A stretch of DNA of 36,104 nt from NCBI GenBank assembly GCA_038221095.1, contig JBBRIM010000001.1, forward strand, positions 1 through 36,104. The letters run 5' to 3'. The stretch is from Candidatus Limnocylindrales bacterium (GTDB taxonomy: Bacteria; Chloroflexota; Limnocylindria; Limnocylindrales; CSP1-4). The notes beneath the pieces are model-generated. The model was not told where the DNA came from. It searched no databases and saw nothing but the letters and a program-made list of their open reading frames with translations. A program made the translations under genes and the position numbers. Position 1 is the first letter of the stretch; each line of letters opens with the position of its first letter. Of the stretch, positions 1-7,150 are shown piece by piece.

Positions 1-123
1 GAATGTACGGACCGGATCTGCTTTGGCAGACCTCCTTGTAGGTCCCCCATCGCATCTGAATGCGGTAGATCCGCTCGTCCGTCGTGAAGTCGGTTGGCTG
101 GTACGTGACGCCCTGCGACTCAG

Positions 124-146
124 CTCAGAGCCTGTGAATGAACTCG
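124..146. repeat. Left terminal inverted repeat of the IS (ctcagagcctgtgaatgaactcg)
   Basis: Matches the reverse complement of 1484-1506 (cttagagcctgtgaacgaactcg) at 21 of 23 positions. Confidence 0.75.
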
Positions 147-209
147 GTCGCACGATCTGGCCCATTCGTGCCATAGAACCTGTCATCGGCTGGTGTCAGC
201 ATCGGCGCG

Positions 210-935
210 ATGGCGTCTATGATCGAGTTGGACAGCACCGAGTGGGCAATGGTCCAGGACCTGTTCGACCCGACCGGGCGTGAGGGCCGCCCTGCGACCT
301 ACTCGCGGCGCGAGATGGTCGAGGCGATCCTGTTCATCGCCCGGACCGGCTGCCAGTGGCGATACCTTCCGGCGTGCTACCCGGCCTGGGAGGCCGTCTG
401 GCAGCAGTGGCGGCGATGGCGCGCGAGCGGCGTCTGGGCGAGGGCGATGGAGAAGATCGCCGAGACGATCCGCAAGCGCCACGGTCGCACCGCGACGCCC
501 TCGATGGTCATGATCGACGGCCAGACCGTGCGCGGCGGTCGGGCGGGGCCGACCTTCCACGAGAAGGGCGGTCGCGGCGGGCGGACCAACGGGGCCAAGT
601 GCAGCGTGGTCATCGACATCCTCGGGCTTCCGCTCGCCGTCTCGGTCGAGTCGGCCCGCCCGCACGACGTCAGCGCGGGCCGCCGGCTGCTCGACACCAC
701 CCTCCCCGCCCTTGGCACGGTCAAGGCGGTCGTCGCGGACCGGGGCTATCGCGGCCTCGGCAAGATGGCGAACAAGAAGGGCATCAGGCTCGACATCAAG
801 GCACCGCCGAAGGGGACCGTCGGCTTCACGCCGATCGCACCGCTCTACCGGGTGGAACACGCCTTCGCACGGCTCGGACGCTGGCGGCGGCTGTCGCGCT
901 GCTACGAGGGCACACCCGAGAGCGCCCGCGCGTAG
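210..935 (+). CDS. IS5-family DDE transposase (DUF4096 N-terminal HTH + DDE_Tnp_1 core), ended early by an in-frame TAG
   Basis: N-terminal motif ILFIARTGCQWRYLP...WRRW..GVW is typical of DUF4096. DDE-type blocks MVMIDGQTVR, VVADRGYRG and YRVEHAFARLGRWRRLSRCYE are present. The frame continues after TAG 933-935 as LEVAALGYLFARLRAEPA to TAG 990-992. Confidence 0.9.
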   Translation: MASMIELDSTEWAMVQDLFDPTGREGRPATYSRREMVEAILFIARTGCQWRYLPACYPAWEAVWQQWRRWRASGVWARAMEKIAETIRKRHGRTATPSMVMIDGQTVRGGRAGPTFHEKGGRGGRTNGAKCSVVIDILGLPLAVSVESARPHDVSAGRRLLDTTLPALGTVKAVVADRGYRGLGKMANKKGIRLDIKAPPKGTVGFTPIAPLYRVEHAFARLGRWRRLSRCYEGTPESARA

Positions 936-955
936 CTCGAAGTCGCCGCGCTCGG

Positions 956-1438
956 CTACCTGTTCGCGCGGCTCCGGGCCGAGCCTGCGTAGGACCGCGC
1001 CGCCCCACTCGGTCCGAACAGGATCGCCCGGACCAGGGCGACCGCCAGGCTCGCGGCGGCGAACGTCATGATGCCGAGCGGGACGCCCCCGAGAACGAGG
1101 CCGACGGCCGTCGTCCCGAGCGCGCTGACGACCAACTCGGCCCCGGTCCGTCCGGTCGTCAGCCCGAGCGCCAGGGCGTAGAGCAGCGCGCCGGCCGGCA
1201 GCGCCAGCGCAGTCGTCCAGAGCGCCGCGACGACGGCCGGCCTCGCGCCAGGCTCGGACGCCCTCGGGGCCAGCAGCGCGCCGATGGGCGGGGCGACGAC
1301 GAGGACGAGCCAGCCGAGGCCGCGGCTCCAGTCGGTCGGATCGCCGGAGAGGAGGCTGGCACCCATCGCCAGACCGCCGAACGCGAGACCGACGCCTCCC
1401 CCCGCTATCCTCGCCCGGCGCGGAGGTGAGATGACCAT
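956..1438 (-). CDS. Hypothetical small membrane protein (about 4 predicted TM segments) inside the IS; passenger ORF
   Basis: ATG at 1438 (longest GTG start at 1456). Very high third-position GC when read codon by codon. Positively charged N-terminus (PPRRAR) followed by four Ala/Gly/Leu-rich hydrophobic stretches. No recognisable family. Could still be a shadow ORF. Confidence 0.4.
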   Translation of the reverse strand: MVISPPRRARIAGGGVGLAFGGLAMGASLLSGDPTDWSRGLGWLVLVVAPPIGALLAPRASEPGARPAVVAALWTTALALPAGALLYALALGLTTGRTGAELVVSALGTTAVGLVLGGVPLGIMTFAAASLAVALVRAILFGPSGAARSYAGSARSRANR

Positions 1439-1483
1439 GCTACTCACGAGTATCACGATACCGCTTGGCCGGCGCGAGTCAAG

Positions 1484-1506
1484 CGAGTTCGTTCACAGGC
1501 TCTAAG
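1484..1506. repeat. Right terminal inverted repeat of the IS (cgagttcgttcacaggctctaag)
   Basis: Reverse complement matches 124-146 at 21 of 23 positions. Confidence 0.75.
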
Positions 1507-1689
1507 ACTAAGGCATTCGTCGCTCCGAGCTCGCGGACCTTCGGCACCTAGGACGTCTCGCGTCGACCCCTACAGTTCCGCCGCCGTGAGCGGGTTGTCG
1601 CGATGTCCTCATGCAGAACGGAGCGCTGTGCTGCCGTTGGACGAACCTACAAGCTAGCTCCTAGGGGAAGGCGACATATGCCGCGCAGC

Positions 1690-2409
1690 TCATTGATTCG
1701 GGACAGCAGATGCCTGGGGGACAGCCGATGCCTTGGCAACGATCCCAGACAGCGAGTCGATGGACTCTGGACCGTCGGGTGTAGCTACGGTCCCTGAGGC
1801 GTCCACTGGCCACGCGAACTTCGCCTCCTGAGAATTAAGGATGCTCTTGCCGGTCGCATCAAGGGCGTCCGCCAGGACGAAGACGTACCGCGCACCTTTC
1901 TGAATCACGGGCGAGACGTCGACGCGAGTCGTATAGCAGCCGACGGTCCCGCCCTCGATAAGGAAGCGGTCGACGCTGGGCTTGGTCCGCCCGCTGATGA
2001 CGCGATCGACCTGCACATCGACCGGGGTGAAAATCTTGCCGTCGGAGTGGGGTTCACCAGGGCCTGGTTTGACCATGAACCCACTCGGCGTCGTTCCGTC
2101 CACGGTGTTGAAGACAGCCGGCTCGAACGAGGTGACCTCGGCCTCGGCGAACGTCCACCCCGAATTGGCCAGCGAGGCAACCGTGTACGGCACGTAGTCG
2201 ACCGAAATGTTTGCCGACCCGCAGTTCCCGGTTGGATCGGAGGTCGGGGCGGTAGATGGCGAGGTCGACTCGGGCGGGGCAGAAAGCTCTGTTGAGGCAT
2301 CCGGCGGCGCGGACACCGAGCCCGCCGTGACACACCCGGCAAGGAGAATGAACGTGGCGCATATACCCGCGGTGCGCGCAGCCGCTCCGCTCCCGTTGAT
2401 GAACCTCAC
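1690..2409 (-). CDS. Putative secreted lipoprotein of unknown function
   Basis: N-terminal signal peptide with lipobox ILLAGC, then a Ser/Pro/Thr-rich linker. GTG start overlaps the upstream stop (GTGA, 2406-2409). C-terminus has a tandem ASAVPQ/ASAVPN repeat encoded by an 18-bp tandem repeat. Confidence 0.65.
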   Translation of the reverse strand: MRFINGSGAAARTAGICATFILLAGCVTAGSVSAPPDASTELSAPPESTSPSTAPTSDPTGNCGSANISVDYVPYTVASLANSGWTFAEAEVTSFEPAVFNTVDGTTPSGFMVKPGPGEPHSDGKIFTPVDVQVDRVISGRTKPSVDRFLIEGGTVGCYTTRVDVSPVIQKGARYVFVLADALDATGKSILNSQEAKFAWPVDASGTVATPDGPESIDSLSGIVAKASAVPQASAVPNQ

Positions 2410-3506
2410 GGCACTGATCCGCCATAGGCAGCATTGAGAGCACTTACGTCATCGATGGACGGGCCCGTCGGAATGTTCGCCCCGACGCACGTAGCCTTCG
2501 ACCCGACGTTCTCGATCCCTAAGGAATCCGTCGCTTCGACGTGATTGAGACCCATGAGGTGATCAAATTCCTGGCACATGACTGAGCGATCACTGGGCGA
2601 AGCCCAATTGGGCCAGGTACTGAGTTTGACCTCTCCCCACGAGTAATAGTCGCTGGGTGCCACCGCGTACCCAGCACCACGGGCGTATATGTTGACCTCG
2701 TAGTATGAATAGATGTCCACGTCCGCCGCCGGTGCCGACGACGAGTAGAAGAACGGGTTGGAAGCCGCGACCGAGTTGAACCGACCAAACATGTAGATGA
2801 GGTCGGGCTCAACATCTATCGTCGTCCCGGGACCGTGCGGCATCACGCTCAGGCTGTAATCAAGGTAGTAATGGAATGTTGCGCTCAATCCAGATGAGAG
2901 CGTCGGCCATCTCTGGCAGGGGTAACTGGAGGTGTGGTTGCAACCGAACGGAGTGTTCGGGAACTGTCCGGCGTACTGCGCCCAGGCGATCGAACGGACG
3001 GTCTCGGACCACCGCCATGCGCCGGCGTAGTAGATACCGCCTTTCGCAGAGAAGCTCGGTCGGTCGCGATACTGGTTGCTGTAGCCCGTGCCGCCAGCGG
3101 CCACCGTGTCCGTCGTGGGATATTGGTATTCGGTTCGGCCACTACCGTTGCTATCGGAATACAGCACGATTGTTTCGTGGACCTGAACCGACGAACCCGT
3201 GAGATTCGTGACCCGGGACCACACCGTCGCGCAGTACGCCGAATGACGGATCTCGACTGTCCCGATTTTGAGGTTGCCGTAGTAGATGGGCGTCGGGACT
3301 CCCTCGGAGCCCGGAGGTACCCGCGACCCGAGCGTGTAGATGGGCTGGCTCCCGTTCCCGCAGGCGGTAGTAGCGGGGTTGGTGCCGTCGTATGCGAGGG
3401 CGCTCACAACTCCCGCGTCAACTAGTGCTGCCAACATGCCGAACGTCACGGCGACCCCGACAGCCTTCCGGGACAGACGCCAAGCCAACGAGCGGCTCGG
3501 GGTCAC
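2406..3506 (-). CDS. Secreted protein with a DUF2690-like N-domain and a metzincin-like C-terminal domain carrying the variant motif QEFDHLMGLNH
   Basis: Longest ORF runs to 3662, but GTG at 3506 gives a clean signal peptide (TPSRSLAWRLSRKAVGVAVTFGMLAALVDAGVVSALA). The DUF2690-like block is DGTNPATTACG...GTVEIRHSAYCATVWSRV. The C-terminal HExxHxxGxxH-like motif lies at 2541-2573, followed by PSIDDVSALNAAYG (matrixin-like). Confidence 0.7.
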   Translation of the reverse strand: MTPSRSLAWRLSRKAVGVAVTFGMLAALVDAGVVSALAYDGTNPATTACGNGSQPIYTLGSRVPPGSEGVPTPIYYGNLKIGTVEIRHSAYCATVWSRVTNLTGSSVQVHETIVLYSDSNGSGRTEYQYPTTDTVAAGGTGYSNQYRDRPSFSAKGGIYYAGAWRWSETVRSIAWAQYAGQFPNTPFGCNHTSSYPCQRWPTLSSGLSATFHYYLDYSLSVMPHGPGTTIDVEPDLIYMFGRFNSVAASNPFFYSSSAPAADVDIYSYYEVNIYARGAGYAVAPSDYYSWGEVKLSTWPNWASPSDRSVMCQEFDHLMGLNHVEATDSLGIENVGSKATCVGANIPTGPSIDDVSALNAAYGGSVP

Positions 3507-3977
3507 CTGGTTGCGCGCCGCAACATGGGCCTGAGCGCCGACACGCGTCTCCGCAGAAAACGACGAATGACCGCCAGTCCTCCCCACGAGATCTCTCGTG
3601 CGCCGGTTCCCCCCGGCGTCGCGCAGTTCGAACCATACAACCGCCCACAGAGCGACTGTCAAGAGGGGCTATCCACACACTTTGTCAACGTCGACGGGTT
3701 CCACTCGGCTGGCGCGACGCTTCTGGACCAAGGGCCAATGGGCAGCCTGAGGTCGTAAATCGCAGGATAATCGGCTGCTTCTCCGCTCCTCCTGCCGTGC
3801 CCAATACCCAGCTCGCTTGACCGCTTACCGCCCGGTGGCTCCCAAAGCACGCGCGATGCCAAACTTCGCTACGCCCCGTCGATCGGATTCAGCAGTCGCA
3901 GGATACTCGGTCGAGGCCGGTAACCGCCCTGACCGCTGCCGCGGCGGCCACTCGTTCGCCCGGTGACGCCTCGAGGA

Positions 3978-4529
3978 TCAACTGAACTTCTCGTACCGCA
4001 CGAGCTCGTTCAGGGGGTACCGCGCGGTGCCTGGCTCCGATCGGGGTTGGTCGGCGGCCACCGTCGGGTAGCCGAGCGAGACGAGGGTTCGAAGCGTCCG
4101 ATCGTCGGGAACCTCGAGCAGGGATTTGACCCGGGCCGCCGCTCCCGGAACGACCCAACCGAGCGCAGACGCCAGTCCCAGGGCCGATGCCGCGACGAGG
4201 ATCCGCTCGGCCGCACGTCCCTCGTCGAACGTATCGATCCTCGTGGATTCTCCGGGCATGGCCAGGATGATGGCCGCCGCTGCGCCGGCGACGTGGCCGG
4301 CATTGGGCGAGGCCTCGGCGATGGCCCGCAGCGTCGCCCGTTCGCGGACCACGACAAACGTCCACGGCTGGCGGTTCATGCCGCTGCCCGTCCAGCGGGC
4401 GACGTCGAGGATCGCGGCCAGCGCCTGGTCGGGGATCGGGTCCGGCCCGAACTGGCGGATGCTTCGCAAGCGTCGGAGGGTCCGAAGCGTCTCAGCGGCG
4501 GCGGGCGGCGGATCGATCACGACCCCCAT
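3978..4529 (-). CDS. Nitroreductase family protein (FMN-dependent)
   Basis: RRSIRQF-type N-terminal motif (LRRLRSIRQFGPDPIP), MNRQPWTFVVV, and C-terminal SLGYP are all typical of the nitroreductase fold. Confidence 0.9.
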   Translation of the reverse strand: MGVVIDPPPAAAETLRTLRRLRSIRQFGPDPIPDQALAAILDVARWTGSGMNRQPWTFVVVRERATLRAIAEASPNAGHVAGAAAAIILAMPGESTRIDTFDEGRAAERILVAASALGLASALGWVVPGAAARVKSLLEVPDDRTLRTLVSLGYPTVAADQPRSEPGTARYPLNELVRYEKFS

Positions 4530-4915
4530 GTCCCGGAGTGCCCGACTCGGTCGATCTCGATGACGAACACCTCACGGGGCGTCCGGCGCTCGTACGCCTG
4601 CCCGAGGTACTTGTGCGACATCTTGTCGATGAACGCGAGTTCCTCGTCCGGCCGGATCTGGACGACGCGTCCACTGATCGACAGCCAGCGCCAGGGGGTC
4701 TTGGTGCTCACGATCGAGACCCCGACCTGGGGCCGCTCACGGACCGCCTGGCCCTTCTTGGAGCCGACGGGTGAACTGGCGAGGACCTGTCCACCATCGT
4801 GGTCGACCCACAGCGGGAAGGTGATGATCTGGCCGCTATCGCTGGTGTATGAGATGTGGCCGAGAGCGGGCTCGTCGAACAGGTCGAGCAGCTCGGGTGG
4901 AACGGGTATCGACAT
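4517..4915 (-). CDS. Pyridoxamine 5'-phosphate oxidase (PPOX)-like / F420- or FMN-binding split-barrel protein
   Basis: About 130 aa with the pattern ELLDLFDEPALGHISYTSDSGQ...VSI......RWLSISGRV, typical of PPOX-class proteins. ATG at 4915 preferred over TTG at 4951. The 3' end overlaps the nitroreductase start by 13 bp. Confidence 0.8.
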   Translation of the reverse strand: MSIPVPPELLDLFDEPALGHISYTSDSGQIITFPLWVDHDGGQVLASSPVGSKKGQAVRERPQVGVSIVSTKTPWRWLSISGRVVQIRPDEELAFIDKMSHKYLGQAYERRTPREVFVIEIDRVGHSGTWGS

Positions 4916-5224
4916 GGCTGCGGCCTCAGAAGATTGTGGTTGACTAGGCAACGATATCAGGGTCGTCGGGACCTTGCCTTCAATGAACCATCGGCCGCCC
5001 GCAGCTGGCTGGGCACGGGCCTCGACGCCGCCGCCGCGCTGCTGGCATTTGCCTGGTTGCCGGTCGCACTGCTGGTCATTGCGGTCCTCCCGCTCATCTT
5101 CGTCATACCCAACCTGTTGAGCGCTGCCGACGCCTGATCGTTGAGCGTGCAGTCAGCCGGCTGAAATCGAGACGGAGCCCGGAGCACAATACCGGGGCTG
5201 TCGTTGTCGTTGGCAAGGGAGAGC

Positions 5225-6241
5225 GTGTTGATCGTGCGGGCAGCCGTGGTCCAGGCAGCCTCGGTTGCGTTCGAGCGCGAGGCGACACTCGACAAGGTCG
5301 AGCACTGGACGGCCGAGGCGGCCGGGACGGGTGCCGAGCTCGTGGTCTTTCCCGAGGCATTCGTGCCGGGCTATCCAAAGGGAGCCGACTTCGGCGCCGT
5401 GGTCGGCTCGAGGAGTGCCGAAGGCCGCGAATGGTTCCGCCGCTACTACGACAGCAGTGTCGATGTACCCGGGCCGGCGACCTGGCGACTCGGGCAGATC
5501 GCCCGTGCTCACGGGGTTCACCTCGTCATCGGGGTGATCGAACGGACGCCTGGCACCCTGTACTGCTCGGCCCTCTTCTTCGGCCCGGATGGCGACTTGC
5601 TGGGCAAGCATCGCAAGCTGATGCCAACGGCCATGGAGCGCCTGATCTGGGGCTTCGGCGACGGTTCAACCCTGACCGTGCTGCCGACGCCGCTCGGTCG
5701 CCTGGGGGCCGTCATCTGCTGGGAGAACTACATGCCCCAGCTGCGCCTCGCGATGTACGGGCAGGGTATCGAGCTGTACTGCGTGCCGACCGCCGATGAC
5801 CGCGAGACGTGGCTGCCGACGATGCGCCACATCGCCGTCGAGGGCCGCTGCTTCGTCCTGTCGGCGACGCAGTACGCCGTGCGCTCCGACTACCCCGCCG
5901 ACTACCCGGTCGAGAAGCCGGCCCAGGCGGTGATGATGGCCGGCGGGAGCTGCATCATCGACCCGCTCGGCCAGGTCCTGGCCGGACCTGCCCGGGGCGC
6001 CGAGACGGTGATCACGGCCGACCTCGACCTGGACCAGATCGTGCGCGGAAAGTTCGACCTCGATATCACCGGACACTACGCCCGGCCCGACATCTTCCGG
6101 CTGATGGTCAATCGCAACCCGCAGGTGCCCGTTGCGTTCTGGGGCGGCGAGCCGGACGAGCACGAAGACGAGCACGAGCACGAGCGCGAGCACGAACACG
6201 AGGGAGTTGGGAGCGACCGAGATGACCACCACAACAGGTAG
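5225..6241 (+). CDS. Nitrilase (carbon-nitrogen hydrolase superfamily, branch 1) with a His/Glu-rich C-terminal tail
   Basis: Catalytic Glu-Lys-Cys context: VVFPEAFVPGYP, LGKHRKLMPT, GAVICWENYMP. Start is GTG 5225 or TTG 5228, just after AAGGGAGAG (longest TTG start at 5204). The tail reads EPDEHEDEHEHEREHEHE. Confidence 0.9.
   Translation: MLIVRAAVVQAASVAFEREATLDKVEHWTAEAAGTGAELVVFPEAFVPGYPKGADFGAVVGSRSAEGREWFRRYYDSSVDVPGPATWRLGQIARAHGVHLVIGVIERTPGTLYCSALFFGPDGDLLGKHRKLMPTAMERLIWGFGDGSTLTVLPTPLGRLGAVICWENYMPQLRLAMYGQGIELYCVPTADDRETWLPTMRHIAVEGRCFVLSATQYAVRSDYPADYPVEKPAQAVMMAGGSCIIDPLGQVLAGPARGAETVITADLDLDQIVRGKFDLDITGHYARPDIFRLMVNRNPQVPVAFWGGEPDEHEDEHEHEREHEHEGVGSDRDDHHNR
6158..6202 (+). 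repeat. Imperfect hexanucleotide tract (GAGCAC-like x7.5) encoding the (E-H)n tail of the nitrilase
   Basis: Reads gagcac gaagac gagcac gagcac gagcgc gagcac gaacac gag directly in the sequence. Confidence 0.8.
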
Positions 6242-7028
6242 CACCGACCAGGCGTTCACGCTGCCGTTCCGGCTCACGCTGGTCGTCCAGGCCGTGGCGG
6301 CGCTCGTCTTTGGACTGGCGCCGATCGCCTTGCTCAGTACCTATGCGCCGGCGATCGGCTTCTCCGGAACCGACCCGCTGATCTATCGGCTGGGCGGGGC
6401 CGCGACGATCGGCTACCTGGTGGCTCCGGTCGTAGCCCTCGCCGCCCGAGACGGTTGGCGCCACCTTCGCATCCCGGCGATCGCGACCCTGACCTTCACC
6501 CTCGGTGCCCTGGCCGCCAGCCTGTGGGAGTTCGGCCGAGGCGGCCGGCAGCCCGTGATCGTCGCGGTGATCGTTGCCGGGGCGGCGTTCAGCCTGGTCG
6601 CGGCGTACTGGCTTCGGCGCGACAAAGGGCCGGCGATCAATCCCGGGCGACCACTGGGTACGCCTGCCCGGGCCGTCCTGGCCCTGGCCGTGGTGTCGGC
6701 CGGCACATTCGGCCTGCTGCCACTGCTCGTGCCCGGCCTGTTCGCCAGCGTGTTCGGGCTGATCGGCGCCAATGCCTGGGTGTACCGCGTCGCCGGCGCC
6801 GCCTGTCTCGGCTACGCGACGGCCGGGATCGCCAGCCTGATGGCGCCCGGCTACAGCCCGATCCGCCTCCAGAACATGGCCGCGATCGCCTTCAATGCGG
6901 TCGGCGCCGCGAGTGCCTGGCGGGCGATCTTCGTCGGCGGTGGCGGCCTCCTTGCGCCAATCGTGGCCGCCGCCGCGACGTTCTTCACGGTTGCCCTGGT
7001 CTGGATCGACCGGAAGTACGCCGCCTGA
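6222..7028 (+). CDS. Integral membrane protein, about 8 TM, built from two homologous 4-TM halves; unknown family
   Basis: ATG 6222 preceded by GGGAG with 8-nt spacing. Overlaps the nitrilase 3' end by 20 bp. The halves share FGL.P...YR.GGAA.GY...W..R. Confidence 0.7.
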   Translation: MTTTTGSTDQAFTLPFRLTLVVQAVAALVFGLAPIALLSTYAPAIGFSGTDPLIYRLGGAATIGYLVAPVVALAARDGWRHLRIPAIATLTFTLGALAASLWEFGRGGRQPVIVAVIVAGAAFSLVAAYWLRRDKGPAINPGRPLGTPARAVLALAVVSAGTFGLLPLLVPGLFASVFGLIGANAWVYRVAGAACLGYATAGIASLMAPGYSPIRLQNMAAIAFNAVGAASAWRAIFVGGGGLLAPIVAAAATFFTVALVWIDRKYAA

Positions 7029-7150
7029 TCCTCACCGAGGGCACTCCGGATGGGTGTCCAGGGGGCAACGGGCCGCGTATCCTGTGGCGACGTCCGATCT
7101 TGGCCGTACCAGCCGTCCAACTGCCAACATCGTCGAGAAGGGACTGCCCA

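Larger units (their letters stand above)
128..1502 (+). mobile_element. IS5-family (IS427/IS1031-like) insertion sequence, ~1.38 kb, carrying a DDE transposase plus an extra antisense ORF
   Basis: Bounded by imperfect terminal inverted repeats (124-146 vs reverse complement of 1484-1506, 21/23 identical). DUF4096+DDE transposase ORF inside. Exact ends uncertain by a few bp. Flanks read TCA / TAA (possible TNA-type target). Confidence 0.7.

Noticed and set aside
1-127. Minus-strand frame open to the window start (…GVTYQPTDFTTDERIYRIQMRWGTYKEVCQSRSGPYI) that might be a gene interrupted by the IS
   Set aside because: It is too short to assign. No continuation of the frame was found on the other side of the IS (1503-1689 has stops in all minus-strand frames near the junction).
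3610-3640. GTTCGAAC-containing stretch looked for as a tRNA T-arm; 12500-12520 (cattcgacc) was also checked
   Set aside because: No complementary 5-bp T-stem, no acceptor stem and no anticodon arm could be built. No tRNA is supported anywhere in the window.
5057-5137. Small hydrophobic ORF (TTG start, 26 aa: PVALLVIAVLPLIFVIPNLLSAADA) in the divergent PPOX/nitrilase intergenic region
   Set aside because: There is no Shine-Dalgarno and only a weak TTG start. The longer version of the ORF would have to begin inside the opposite-strand PPOX gene. It cannot be supported without expression or conservation data.
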